Source: Bacteroidota bacterium
GTDB taxonomy: Bacteria; Bacteroidota; Bacteroidia; Palsa-965
Assembly: GCA_046335555.1 (NCBI GenBank)
Contig: JBKDHA010000023.1
Location: 1,153 to 65,152, forward strand
Direction: 5' to 3'
DNA length: 64,000 nt
In this document: positions 9,105 to 19,031 of the stretch, piece after piece
Layout: each line of letters begins with the position of its first letter
How positions within the stretch are numbered: position 1 is the stretch's first letter
Made by a program: the position numbers and the translations under genes
The notes under the pieces: generated by a model
What the model was told of the DNA's origin: nothing
What the model saw: only the letters and a program-made list of their open reading frames with translations
Database searches by the model: none

Positions 9105-10691
9105 ATGAGTGGTCTCAATACTATTCGCCTGCTTCTCGCTGAGATGCAGCCGGAAGAGCGCAACACGTTCAGGAATTACCTGACATCTTTTGACAGTCGC
9201 GGCGAGAAATTTAACAGCAAAAGCGTTAAACTTCTTGATTTACTTGGTGAGCGCCCTGAACTGCCGAGTGATCGTGATGTTGAGTTTTTCCTTTATGGTA
9301 AACGATCCACAATGGCATTCAGCCGTTTGCTGATTCGTTTCCGGGATAAACTTCTGGAGTCGCTGCTGCTGGATGTAAATGTAAAACGGGAAGGAGCATA
9401 CAGCGATCATTTCCGTTATTTGTTTGAAACCCGGAAAAAACTATGTTATGCGCAAATTCTTGCCGGGCGCGGGCTTCACGAAATCGCTCATTTTCTTTGC
9501 GAAAGTGTTTGCGAAACCGGCGAACGCTTTGAACTCTATGAAGAGTGGTTGCTGGCGCTTCGGCTCAGAATGCAACTGGTTGCTCTGCTTCAGCATGATG
9601 CGGCTGCTTTTCAGCGCCTGCAGTTGCGCTACGAAAAAGTAGAACGTGCACACCGCGCTGCATTTGATGCATACTGCACGTATAATTTCTGGATGCAGCG
9701 CTTTGAACACAAAGCGTTGCCGGTTGCCAACGATGAACAGCTTGCTGCGGATACCGAACGGCTGCGCGAAAATGCGGCGAAAGTAAATTCAGATCATGTC
9801 AGTTTCTACTGGCTTTACTTAGATGCCGCCAAACACCAGTCAAACCGAAACTACCGCATAGCACGCCGAAGCCTTGAAAAACAACTTACTTTAATTGAAA
9901 ACTCAAAGGCTGTTTTTGTTGAAAACCGACTGGGTGCTGTTTTGCTCAACCTTGCAGACAACGAAATAAATCTGCACCGTTTCGACCGTTGCGTTGAATA
10001 CTGTCAGCGTGCAATGGCACTTCAGCATGTAAAAAGTTTTAATGCCAATCAATGCCTCGAACGCGAATTTTATGGTCATTACTATGCAAACCGGTTCGGA
10101 CAGGCGCGCATGATTTTGCAGGAACTTTTAGCGAGTGATGTTGGTAAACATACCGCATTCAGACGCGGACGAAGGCAATATCTGCTTGCAAATATTTTGT
10201 TTTTGCAGGGAATGTACCGTGAAACAAATGATCTTTTACTTGAGCTCAATGCCATTGAAACCGACAGCGAAGGCTGGAATGTTGGCTTGCGTGTGCTTCT
10301 GATCATGACAGATATTGAACGATCTCTGCATGAACTGGCCGGGAAACGTATTGAGAGCACACGCAAACATTTGAGAAAGCTGGAACAGCAGGACAAACTG
10401 CGCTTGCGTGATCGCGTTATTTATGAAGTTCTGCGGCAACTTGATGCAAACAGCTATGATTTCAAAGCTACTTATCAGCAAATGCCAGATGAATTTGCTT
10501 TGCTGCGCTCAAACCGAGAAAATTATCGCTGGGAAGTGAAAACACCGGAAATGATCATCTTCCACGAATGGTTTTTTGCTCATGTTATCAAAATCGATTA
10601 CATACAGAAAGTTCCGCGCTATGCTGATCCTGAACGTGATTCTACTGATACATCTGCGAATTATCAGGAAGAATCTGATATACAAGAGTAA
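9105..10691 (+). CDS. Hypothetical protein, Leu/Arg-rich and predicted all-helical, with no recognisable domain
   Basis: Long ORF (9063..10691). An internal Met at 9105 (MSGLNTIRLLL...) is the likely start because the first 14 codons lie in AT-rich low-complexity DNA. The end is convergent with xerD, 8 nt apart. Confidence 0.55.
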   Translation: MSGLNTIRLLLAEMQPEERNTFRNYLTSFDSRGEKFNSKSVKLLDLLGERPELPSDRDVEFFLYGKRSTMAFSRLLIRFRDKLLESLLLDVNVKREGAYSDHFRYLFETRKKLCYAQILAGRGLHEIAHFLCESVCETGERFELYEEWLLALRLRMQLVALLQHDAAAFQRLQLRYEKVERAHRAAFDAYCTYNFWMQRFEHKALPVANDEQLAADTERLRENAAKVNSDHVSFYWLYLDAAKHQSNRNYRIARRSLEKQLTLIENSKAVFVENRLGAVLLNLADNEINLHRFDRCVEYCQRAMALQHVKSFNANQCLEREFYGHYYANRFGQARMILQELLASDVGKHTAFRRGRRQYLLANILFLQGMYRETNDLLLELNAIETDSEGWNVGLRVLLIMTDIERSLHELAGKRIESTRKHLRKLEQQDKLRLRDRVIYEVLRQLDANSYDFKATYQQMPDEFALLRSNRENYRWEVKTPEMIIFHEWFFAHVIKIDYIQKVPRYADPERDSTDTSANYQEESDIQE

Positions 10692-10699
10692 CTGTAGCT

Positions 10700-11599
10700 T
10701 TACTTGCGCGGATGATAACTGTGTATTTGCTCTTTGAGATAACTGCGGTCGAGGTGTGTATATATTTCGGTTGTGGTAATTGAAGCATGGCCCAGCATTT
10801 CCTGCACAGCACGTAAATCGGCACCGCCTTCTACAAGGTGCGTGGCAAATGAATGCCTGAATGTGTGTGGACTGATAACTTTTCTGATTCCGGCTTTCAC
10901 GGCAAGTTGTTTAATAATGGTAAACACCATAACTCTTGAAAGTCTGTGGCCACGGCGGTTGAGGAATACAATATCCTCTTCGTTGCGTTGTGGCGGAACT
11001 TTGGTGCGGACCTGTTCGAGATACAGTTTTATCAGTTCTGTAGCACGTCGGCCAACAGGAACAAGGCGCTCTTTATTGCCTTTGCCAATGATACTCACAT
11101 AGCCTTGATCGAGATGCAAACCGGAGATGCGAAGATTTACCAATTCAGAAACCCGCATACCGCAACTGTACAGTGTTTCGAGCATAACTAAGTTGCGTTC
11201 ACCTTCTGGTGTGCTGCGGTCGATGTGGCTGAACAGCTTGTCTATTTCTTCAATGTTCAGCGTATCGGGCAAAAGCCGACTGGTTCGCGGAGATTCCAGC
11301 AACTCAGTAGGATCTGTGTTGATCAGGTTTTCGAGCAGCAAATAGCGAAAAAATGCACGAATACCTGAAAGCATTCTGGCCTGCGTTGTAGCACTCATGC
11401 CTAATTCATTCAGGTATTTCAAAAATTCGCGAAGATGATCAACCTGAATTCCTGTGGACTGAACAGAATAATTGTGCAGTTGCAGAAATTCATTCAGCCG
11501 GTTTACATCGTGCAAATACGCTTCCACCGAATTCGGTGAAAGTGATTGTTCTAACTGAAGGTAGTTTTTAAATCCCTGTATATCGGCTTTCCAACTCAT
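10700..11599 (-). CDS. xerD: Site-specific tyrosine recombinase XerD/XerC
   Basis: 299 aa with an N-terminal SAM-like domain and a C-terminal catalytic region: RLSRVMV...HTFRHSFATHL...GHASITTTEIYTHL, showing the RHRY signature. It is adjacent to aroQ, as in many Bacteroidota. Confidence 0.8.
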   Translation of the reverse strand: MSWKADIQGFKNYLQLEQSLSPNSVEAYLHDVNRLNEFLQLHNYSVQSTGIQVDHLREFLKYLNELGMSATTQARMLSGIRAFFRYLLLENLINTDPTELLESPRTSRLLPDTLNIEEIDKLFSHIDRSTPEGERNLVMLETLYSCGMRVSELVNLRISGLHLDQGYVSIIGKGNKERLVPVGRRATELIKLYLEQVRTKVPPQRNEEDIVFLNRRGHRLSRVMVFTIIKQLAVKAGIRKVISPHTFRHSFATHLVEGGADLRAVQEMLGHASITTTEIYTHLDRSYLKEQIHSYHPRK

Positions 11600-11753
11600 A
11601 CCTGCATCTTCCTCAACACCTAAGTACGCAATAATCTTCGAATCCGAAACTGAAAAATATCAGTTCTGCCTTAATTTGAAATATAATCGGCTGCAGAAGC
11701 AAAGTAATTCATTGCTCCAAATTTTGCATATTCGCAGTTATACATTTTCACTT

Positions 11754-12179
11754 ATGCGGATTCTGATTATTAACGGCCCTAATCTTAACCTTCTCGGCGT
11801 TCGTCAGCCTGAACTCTACGGCTACACTTCATTTGAAGAATTTCTTCAGGTGCTGAAAAGTAAGTATGCACATATTACATTCGACTACTTTCAGAGTAAT
11901 GTAGAAGGTGAGCTAATTAATAAATTGCACGAGTGCGGGTTTACGCATACGGGTATCATTCTCAATGCAGGTGCATACACACATACATCTGTTGCCCTTG
12001 GCGATGCCGTTTCAGCAATTCAGACTCCGGTAGTTGAGGTGCATATCTCAAACATTTTTGCCCGCGAAGATTTCAGGCATGTATCATTTATTGCACCCTA
12101 TTGCCGCGGCAGTATTGGCGGATTCGGATTGCAGAGTTATGAACTTGCTGTAGAAAGTTTTTTACAGACTGAGGGCTAA
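11754..12179 (+). CDS. aroQ: 3-dehydroquinate dehydratase, type II
   Basis: MRILIINGPNLNLLG...HISN...FRH motifs typical of type II DHQase. The likely start is an internal Met of the 11676 ORF. Confidence 0.85.
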   Translation: MRILIINGPNLNLLGVRQPELYGYTSFEEFLQVLKSKYAHITFDYFQSNVEGELINKLHECGFTHTGIILNAGAYTHTSVALGDAVSAIQTPVVEVHISNIFAREDFRHVSFIAPYCRGSIGGFGLQSYELAVESFLQTEG

Positions 12180-12373
12180 CAAGATTTTATAAGCGCGATG
12201 ATTTTCAGCAACTGTATTTGTTAATTTAGTACAATAAGTCGAAGTTGCTTTTAAGTGGTGCTGATGATTTTAAATGACTGTTGATCGGTGTAGCTTTGAG
12301 AATAATCTTGTAAGGATTTTGTTTTCACCTGAACAGTGCAGCATTTTCCTTGTGTTATGAAATAGAACATTCG

Positions 12374-13138
12374 GCTATGAAAGCAATTATTGTTGATGAT
12401 GAAATTCAGGGAGGCAAGCTTCTTGAAATAATGCTTAAGAAGGTTTGTCCTGATATTAATGTGATAGCCATTTACAGCAGCAGTATAGAGGCAGGAAACG
12501 AGATCTGCAAACAGCAACCTGATATACTTTTTTTGGATGTTGAAATGCCTGAAATGAATGGTTTTCAGCTACTGGAAAAATCAAGAGGTTGTTTTACATC
12601 CGTTGTATTTACAACAGCTCATTCTCATTACACTATACAAGCGATCCGGGCATCGGCATTCGATTACTTATTAAAGCCGATTGATATTGGTGAACTGAAA
12701 GCTGTAACTGATCGGCTGTTAAATTCTCAGCAGAAGTCAAAAGGAAGCGAAATACCTCAATCGATGGCTAAACGACTGGAAACTTTAGAACGAATTTTAT
12801 TGAAACCGGATATTCACCGTTTAGCAGTGCAAAGTACTGAGGGTTATGCAATGCTTGATTACAATTCGATCATTCGCCTTGAAGCCGAATCAAACTACAC
12901 ACATATTTATACACCGGGTAAAAAATATACCGTGGCGCGTTTACTTCGCAATTTTGAAGAACAATTGCTTGCGGCAGGTTTTATTCGTGTACACAGTGCG
13001 CATCTTGTAAACCTTCGTCATATCGAACATTATCAGCGGGGTGATGGTGGTTATTTGATCATGTCCGACAAATCATCGGTAGAAGTATCGCGGAGCCGGA
13101 AAAAAGAATTGCTGAAAATATTATTGGGTGAAGAATAA
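12374..13138 (+). CDS. Two-component response regulator, LytTR family (receiver plus LytTR DNA-binding domain)
   Basis: The receiver shows MKAIIVDDE...DILFLDVEMPEMNGF. The C-terminal region is LytTR-like: ...IIRLEAESNYTHIYT.GKKY... No histidine kinase gene is adjacent. Confidence 0.8.
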   Translation, partial: AMKAIIVDDEIQGGKLLEIMLKKVCPDINVIAIYSSSIEAGNEICKQQPDILFLDVEMPEMNGFQLLEKSRGCFTSVVFTTAHSHYTIQAIRASAFDYLLKPIDIGELKAVTDRLLNSQQKSKGSEIPQSMAKRLETLERILLKPDIHRLAVQSTEGYAMLDYNSIIRLEAESNYTHIYTPGKKYTVARLLRNFEEQLLAAGFIRVHSAHLVNLRHIEHYQRGDGGYLIMSDKSSVEVSRSRKKELLKILLGEE

Positions 13139-13140
13139 AC

Positions 13141-13175
13141 AGCGGACAGAATTGTTGTTCTGCCCGCTGTTCTGA
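13141..13175. terminator. Imperfect hairpin between the convergent LytTR regulator and T9SS cargo genes, probably a bidirectional terminator
   Basis: ACAGCGGACAGAA-TTGT-TGTTCTGCCCGCTGT imperfect inverted repeat in the 52-nt convergent gap. Confidence 0.45.
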
Positions 13176-13190
13176 AAAATACCAAAGCAA

Positions 13191-14963
13191 TTACTGAATA
13201 ACCAAACGAATCGTTTCTGTTGCACCGTTGCCGGTTATTTTTAACAAGTAAACACCTGCTGCAAGCCCGGTGTCTAGCGAAAGCTGAGTTTGCTGTTGTC
13301 CGCCTGCAACAGTTTGAGAGAAGCGCTCAACTTCACGGCCTTCAATGCTTACAATGCTGATCAGCAATTGTGTTTCATCAGCATAATTGCTTGTTAATTG
13401 AATAGACTGGTTTTGGGCAGTTACCGGATTCGGAGATACCGAAAGTTTTATTTCTTCGGATGTTGGTTCAGTCTGACTGGCTGAACGTGCATTACTGGCT
13501 CCCGCAATTGAAGGTGTTGAGCAATAAGGGAAATCGGTAATCGGACCGAGAGCAACCTCGTTAATCGGGAAGTCGATCATGCTTCCGGTAATACTTATTG
13601 CATCAGGCCAGTGTGCAGTTCGCCAAGCAACACTAGTACCGGGATTGATTGATTCATTGCAGGCATTTGAGCCGTCAAAATATGCTTTAACCATATATAA
13701 ATCGCCCGGAATGCCACTCAGAAAACCACTGCCATCTGTTCCGTAAATACCTAATCCGTCGAAAGCTGTATTCTCAACAAGTCCGGCGCTAACACCATAC
13801 TGAAATCCCGGATTGTTATAATTAAACTCCTGCAGCGCATTGCCGGCATCATCAAACTTAAACACAAGAATATCCTGATCGCCGGAGAGATAGCCTTGCG
13901 ATGCTGATCCTGTAGTGTAATACTCATAATTGCCGGAAGTGTTGAGGCGTTCGATAATATTGGTGTGTCTTGCATCACCGTTGCCAAACCGAACGTAATT
14001 CGACCAAAGTACATTACCGTCAATATCAATTTTGAGTATCCACGGTTGAGCCTGAGATTGTGTAAAATCAAAATCTGAATTTCCGGCAATCACATAGCCC
14101 TGGCTTCCGCCCGAGGTTGATAAACCAGTAGTAATGCTGTTGAATACATCAATTCCGCCGTTGTTGTAATAAATAACATCGCCGCTAACACCACTGAATA
14201 ATGTTGACTGGATAATGTTTCCGGTTTGCGGATCAACACGGAAGTAAAAACCGTTTTGTGTGTTCAGTCCAGCCCAGTAGGTGCCAATTATGGCCATTTC
14301 GTTTGCATACGGCGAGCAGATAATTTCTTCAGGTGTGTTATTATCAGGTGCGCTCGGAATTAAGTCATACACCTGCGACCATACAGTTGCATTCCCCTGC
14401 CAGTTGTAGCAAATGATAAAGGTTTGCACGTTGCTGCTGTTGGGCGAATTAACGTAACCTGTAATAAACATTTCGGCCTGATTGAACGTGGATATACAAG
14501 CCGATGTTGCAAATGCGTTTTGAAAAGTTGGTTCGTTAAAACCTATTTGCGAAAAGAAATTTCCGTTTGGTGTTGATACGCCAACTAATATTTCGTTCAT
14601 ATTGCCGGGAGCAAAACGCGTGGTATTGCACACCACAACTATGCGTGATGAAGGAGTATGCAGCACTTCTACCGGATCAATGCCCAGCTGTATGCTGCCA
14701 TTGAAAAAGCGATTGCCGTTATTGAAGTTCACCGGCATACTGAAACCGCCGTTATCATCTGTCCGGGTAAATGTGAGGTCTTGTCCGGCAAAAGCATCGG
14801 TATGTCCGACAAGCAAATGACCATCGCCACCGTTCATCGTTGGAGTACCGTCGCGCAAAACATCGCAGCCCGGTCCCGGGCCACCATACGCCCGCTGATA
14901 GTATTGAGCCGATAAATTAACGCCTGCTGCAAGTAAGGCTGTGAGGAAAAGTGTAGTTTTCAT
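13191..14963 (-). CDS. Secreted protein with T9SS type-A C-terminal sorting domain, function unknown
   Basis: Signal peptide MKTTLFLTALLAAGVNLSAQ. The C terminus ...AGVYLLKITGNGATETIRLVIQ is typical of a Por/T9SS CTD. The body is Gly/Asn/Thr-rich. Confidence 0.6.
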   Translation of the reverse strand: MKTTLFLTALLAAGVNLSAQYYQRAYGGPGPGCDVLRDGTPTMNGGDGHLLVGHTDAFAGQDLTFTRTDDNGGFSMPVNFNNGNRFFNGSIQLGIDPVEVLHTPSSRIVVVCNTTRFAPGNMNEILVGVSTPNGNFFSQIGFNEPTFQNAFATSACISTFNQAEMFITGYVNSPNSSNVQTFIICYNWQGNATVWSQVYDLIPSAPDNNTPEEIICSPYANEMAIIGTYWAGLNTQNGFYFRVDPQTGNIIQSTLFSGVSGDVIYYNNGGIDVFNSITTGLSTSGGSQGYVIAGNSDFDFTQSQAQPWILKIDIDGNVLWSNYVRFGNGDARHTNIIERLNTSGNYEYYTTGSASQGYLSGDQDILVFKFDDAGNALQEFNYNNPGFQYGVSAGLVENTAFDGLGIYGTDGSGFLSGIPGDLYMVKAYFDGSNACNESINPGTSVAWRTAHWPDAISITGSMIDFPINEVALGPITDFPYCSTPSIAGASNARSASQTEPTSEEIKLSVSPNPVTAQNQSIQLTSNYADETQLLISIVSIEGREVERFSQTVAGGQQQTQLSLDTGLAAGVYLLKITGNGATETIRLVIQ

Positions 14964-15092
14964 GGTTACAAGTATTGATTTCCCGTTAAGTTCAGGCGAT
15001 CACTACTGGTAAACAATGATTACTGCGTAATTTGCTGATTATTGGAAATAACAGGCTGGTTTTACTGCGTAATTCACAGGCCCGTTGGAGCA

Positions 15093-17654
15093 TCACTGAC
15101 CTGCAAAGTCAAACCAATCGCGTTTGCGGGTTAGTTTGAGGTCGTTCAGTGCTGATGCTTTTACCTGAATGGTGATGCTGTAGCTCTGCAAAAAGCCAAA
15201 CGGAATCCAGTTAAACTGCATTTCCCAGCAATGTAAATCGCGGTAAAGGTTAAATGATGTAAATCCAAATTGCTTCCGCTCTAAATCATAGCTGGTATCA
15301 AAGCCTACTTTCCATTTGGGTGTCACATTCACATCGCCTGAAAAGCGTACAGATTGTGTAACGTTTTCGGTAAGTGCAATTTTGCTCCAGCTCAGGTTGT
15401 AGTTAACATTAAGCGACCACGGAATGCTGAAATCTACAAACTGATTCGGATTCGCATTGATGTAATCCAGTTCATCTTGCGTTGCCAGCGGGCTTTGGCG
15501 CTGGCGGTTTCCTGTTGTTTGCGAGGTTAGTCCGCCCTGCCGCAAACTTGTTCCAATTGCAAAGTTGGCATTGGTAAGTCGGGCCAAACGTTTGCCGGTT
15601 CTCCATTCAAAACGATTGATGCGAACACCGTTTTCGTTAATCCGGTATGGATCGGCAGCAAAGCTGGTGTTTACATCTACAATGCGGAAAAGCTTGGTTC
15701 GGAAATTCACATTGAGCAGCGACCAGTTGAATTTTTCGGCCATAAAATTGTAGTTGGCCGAGAAGTTGAACGCATCAATAAGCATTTGTCGGGCTGCTGC
15801 TGCGGTGGTTGATGCTGTATCGTTTTTGGGGCGAAGTTTGCCTTCGAGATTGTTTTGAAGATTAAAGCCAACAGCGCCGATTTTGCCCGATGGAGAACTG
15901 CCGTAAATACCGCCATCAAAAATAGAGTACTGCGTTGTACCTCCGTTGGCATCTGACTGCACATCGCGCCAAAAACCGTATTTCGGATCGGTGAAATCGG
16001 GCATGTAAGTGAAACTTACGTTAGGCGTAACAGTATGCCGGATAACACTGTATTTGCCGCGCCGCTTGTTATACGTTCCGAAAAAGCGTGTGCCTAATGT
16101 GGCCGATGCATTCCAGTCGAAATTGGCGCGCACACCATTCAGCGTATCGGTTTCAACTGTTTCGGTTGATGCGTTCCAGATTTTGCGGATAGTGCGGTAT
16201 TGCGTTACCGAGTTGATATTGATTTGCGGTGTAAGTGTAAAGTACTTCAGGATATTGAAAGTAGTACTCACCGGCAGTGTTTGGCGAATACCGTTTCTGA
16301 ATTTTGGTCCGAGGTTGTTCAGATTGCTGATGCCTAATTCACGTTCCTGCACACTGAGCAGGTTTTGCATATCGGCAGTATAAGCGAAGCCAATTTTATC
16401 GTACCATTTTGTGCCGATACGATTTTTGTTTTTGAATGGATAGATGCGTGCAGACGTTAACGCCACCTGCGGCAATGTAAGATCTACAATGCCCGTTTGT
16501 GTGTTTTGCGAATGCCGGAGGTTGGCTGCAAGTGTAAGCTGTTTCCAGCTTTTAGACCAAGCAACATTCGACTGAAATGTATTGGCAAGGTAGTTATTGG
16601 CAACAGTTGAGTTGTTGCGGTTGTATGTGCTTGTACCGGCATTCACCGAGGCATTGAAGCGAACGCTGGGATTGGCTTTTGCATCCTGACGGTGATTCCA
16701 GGTGATAAAAAAGTCTTTGAAAATTTGGCTTGTTGGAAGCTCTCTGGCGCCAAGAATGCGGCGCGAATAGCGTACACTCACATCGCCGGTATATTTGTAG
16801 CGCACGCCGTAGTTAGAAATTGCTTTTGTGGCCCAACTTCCGCGCGAAAAAATATCGCCGCGAAGGGCAAGGTCAAATTTATCGCCGGCACCCCAGTAGT
16901 AACCGCCATCGCGGAGGAAGAATCCGAACTCGGGCGATTCGCCATAGGTAGGAATCAGTATGCCGGAAGTGCGTTCTTTTTTATTGGGGAAAAAACCAAA
17001 CGGAACTGCCAGCGGCGTGGGTACATCACCAATTTCGAGATAGGCGGGACCGGTTACAATTTTATCGTTCTGGATGATTTTCAGTTTTTTTGCGCGAATG
17101 GAAAAGTGCGGATGCTCAAGATCACAGGTCGTGTATTGACCATTATAGATAAAGAACACGGTTGAGTCTTTTTTTACGGCTTCGCCGATAATGTGGTTTT
17201 CGCCGTCGATGGTGGTGGCTTCCGAAATTTTGCCTTTTCCGCTGAGGTAATTATATCGGATCTGATCGGCATAGTAAGTTTGTCCGCCTTCTGCAAATTC
17301 AACTTTTTCGGCAATATTGCCCAGTGTATCTTTTTTGCCGATGGCTAGAATAATATTGTTTTTAAAGTCGATCTCGATGTAATCAGCACGAACGGTGGTT
17401 GACTGATAAACAACGGTAGCGCTGTCCCAGAGGTAAATAATTTGCCGGTCGAGATCAAACCGCATGGAGTCGGCGGCGCTGTATTCGACCATGGCTTTGA
17501 GCCTGTCGCTGATGCCTTCTGTGCTTATTTTAGTCGTATCCGTTTCGGGCGTTTCTTCCTCCTGCGCCAAAGCCGGGCATACGAAAAGCAGCATAAACAG
17601 CGTTACGATGAACAGCCGGGCGTTGAAAAGTCGAACTGCGGGAAGCAGGGGCAT
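15093..17654 (-). CDS. lptD: LptD/OstA-like outer-membrane LPS-assembly protein
   Basis: 853 aa with a signal peptide. The N-terminal region ADSMRFDLDRQIIYLWDSATVVYQSTTVRADYIEIDFKNN...YNYLSGKGK resembles the OstA/LptD N-terminal jellyroll. A large beta-rich C-terminal barrel-like region follows. Confidence 0.6.
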   Translation of the reverse strand: MPLLPAVRLFNARLFIVTLFMLLFVCPALAQEEETPETDTTKISTEGISDRLKAMVEYSAADSMRFDLDRQIIYLWDSATVVYQSTTVRADYIEIDFKNNIILAIGKKDTLGNIAEKVEFAEGGQTYYADQIRYNYLSGKGKISEATTIDGENHIIGEAVKKDSTVFFIYNGQYTTCDLEHPHFSIRAKKLKIIQNDKIVTGPAYLEIGDVPTPLAVPFGFFPNKKERTSGILIPTYGESPEFGFFLRDGGYYWGAGDKFDLALRGDIFSRGSWATKAISNYGVRYKYTGDVSVRYSRRILGARELPTSQIFKDFFITWNHRQDAKANPSVRFNASVNAGTSTYNRNNSTVANNYLANTFQSNVAWSKSWKQLTLAANLRHSQNTQTGIVDLTLPQVALTSARIYPFKNKNRIGTKWYDKIGFAYTADMQNLLSVQERELGISNLNNLGPKFRNGIRQTLPVSTTFNILKYFTLTPQININSVTQYRTIRKIWNASTETVETDTLNGVRANFDWNASATLGTRFFGTYNKRRGKYSVIRHTVTPNVSFTYMPDFTDPKYGFWRDVQSDANGGTTQYSIFDGGIYGSSPSGKIGAVGFNLQNNLEGKLRPKNDTASTTAAAARQMLIDAFNFSANYNFMAEKFNWSLLNVNFRTKLFRIVDVNTSFAADPYRINENGVRINRFEWRTGKRLARLTNANFAIGTSLRQGGLTSQTTGNRQRQSPLATQDELDYINANPNQFVDFSIPWSLNVNYNLSWSKIALTENVTQSVRFSGDVNVTPKWKVGFDTSYDLERKQFGFTSFNLYRDLHCWEMQFNWIPFGFLQSYSITIQVKASALNDLKLTRKRDWFDFAGQ

Positions 17655-17729
17655 CTAAGTTTGGCGGTATTTTTGTTTGATAAGCAATGAAATACGGGCC
17701 AAAACTAACGAAAAAGCCCATTTCAGCGT

Positions 17730-19028
17730 ATGAAAACCATGCGAAGGATTGTTAAAAGCTCTTTTGTCCGCCTCTTTATAGCCGCCGCAGTGCTGCTGCT
17801 GGGGGGCGCTTTCGCTGTGCAAAGCCAGCCTGAAGAAAAAAAGGTAAAGGTGGTTTGCATTGATCCCGGCCACGGCGGAAAAGATCCCGGCTGTCACGGC
17901 GACCATGCCAAAGAAAAAGATGTGGCCTTAGCTGTGGCTTTGCAGCTGGGGAAATACATCAACGAATATTTTCCGGATGTGAAAGTGGTGTACACCCGCA
18001 AAACCGATGTGTTTGTTGAACTTAACGAGCGTGCTGCAATCGCCAATCGCAACAATGCCGATTTGTTTATCTGCATTCACTGCAACTCGGCCTGTGTGCG
18101 CAACAAGAAAACCAAGAAAGACGTTTGCAACGAAACCGCAGAAGGTTCGGAAACCTACGTAATGGGTCTGCACAAAAACAACGGCAATCTTGAAGTAGCG
18201 AAACGCGAAAACGATGCGGCGTTGTTTGAAGACGATTATCAGAACAAATACAATATGAACATTGCTTCTGATGAGGCAATGATTATTCTGAGCACATATC
18301 AGAACCTGTATCAGAAGCAAAGCACCCGATTTGCGGAGCTTTGTCAGGAACAATTCAGCAAACGTGCAGGACGTGTAAATAAAGGCGTAAAACAGGCCGG
18401 CTTTCTTGTACTTTGGAAAACCAGTATGCCTTCGGTGCTTATTGAAACCGGATTTTTAACCAATCCTGCAGAAGAACGTTTTCTGGCTTCTGTAAAAGGA
18501 CAAACCTATATGGCTTCCAGTATTTTCCGTGCATTCCGGGTGTGGAAAGATGAAGTGGAAGGTGTAAAAAAGGAATATGCCGATGAATCTGATAAACCTT
18601 ACGAAGTAGCTCAGGAAGATACCGCAGGACTTCGTAAACCGACAAATCACATCACCACCCGAACGAATCCGGCAACCAATAACACAACAACAACCAATAC
18701 ACAGCAAACCGTTCAACCCAAAGACACAGCAACAGCAAAACCTGCATCTGCGGGAACTGGAAGTGTAGTTTATCGGGTGCAGATTCTTTCGTCAGATAAA
18801 CAACTGCCGGCAACCTCCTCGCAATTCAAAGGTGTTACTGATACGTGGGGCTACAAAGACAAAGGTGTTTGGAAATACACGGTTGGGAATTATGCCACGC
18901 AGGCCGAAGCCGTAAAGCGTCAAGGGGAATTGCGTTCAAAAGGTTTTACGGGGGCTTTTGTAGTGGCGTTTGATGAAAACGGCAATCGTATTACATTGGA
19001 AGAGGCGAAGAAGCGGGGGGGAGCTTAA
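17730..19028 (+). CDS. N-acetylmuramoyl-L-alanine amidase (AmiC-type, Amidase_3) with C-terminal SPOR domain
   Basis: VVCIDPGHGGKDPG...ADLFICIHCNS...GFLTN Amidase_3 motifs. The C-terminal SPOR-like region is VYRVQILSS...GYKDKGVWKYTVGNYATQAEAVKRQGELRSKGFTGAFVVAF. Confidence 0.85.
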   Translation: MKTMRRIVKSSFVRLFIAAAVLLLGGAFAVQSQPEEKKVKVVCIDPGHGGKDPGCHGDHAKEKDVALAVALQLGKYINEYFPDVKVVYTRKTDVFVELNERAAIANRNNADLFICIHCNSACVRNKKTKKDVCNETAEGSETYVMGLHKNNGNLEVAKRENDAALFEDDYQNKYNMNIASDEAMIILSTYQNLYQKQSTRFAELCQEQFSKRAGRVNKGVKQAGFLVLWKTSMPSVLIETGFLTNPAEERFLASVKGQTYMASSIFRAFRVWKDEVEGVKKEYADESDKPYEVAQEDTAGLRKPTNHITTRTNPATNNTTTTNTQQTVQPKDTATAKPASAGTGSVVYRVQILSSDKQLPATSSQFKGVTDTWGYKDKGVWKYTVGNYATQAEAVKRQGELRSKGFTGAFVVAFDENGNRITLEEAKKRGGA

Positions 19029-19031
19029 AGG

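Noticed and set aside
10700-11599. Tyrosine recombinase as a possible integrase marking a mobile island
   Set aside because: Its size (299 aa) and sequence match chromosomal XerD/XerC. It is adjacent to aroQ as in many Bacteroidota cores, and there are no flanking direct repeats, tRNA, transposase or phage genes. I treated it as the housekeeping dimer-resolution recombinase.
13751-14089. 112-aa minus-strand ORF and other internal ORFs, e.g. 14602..14915 (+) and 17928..18353 (-)
   Set aside because: They are nested in or antisense to longer ORFs with clear domain signatures (the T9SS cargo protein and the Amidase_3 gene) and have no features of their own.
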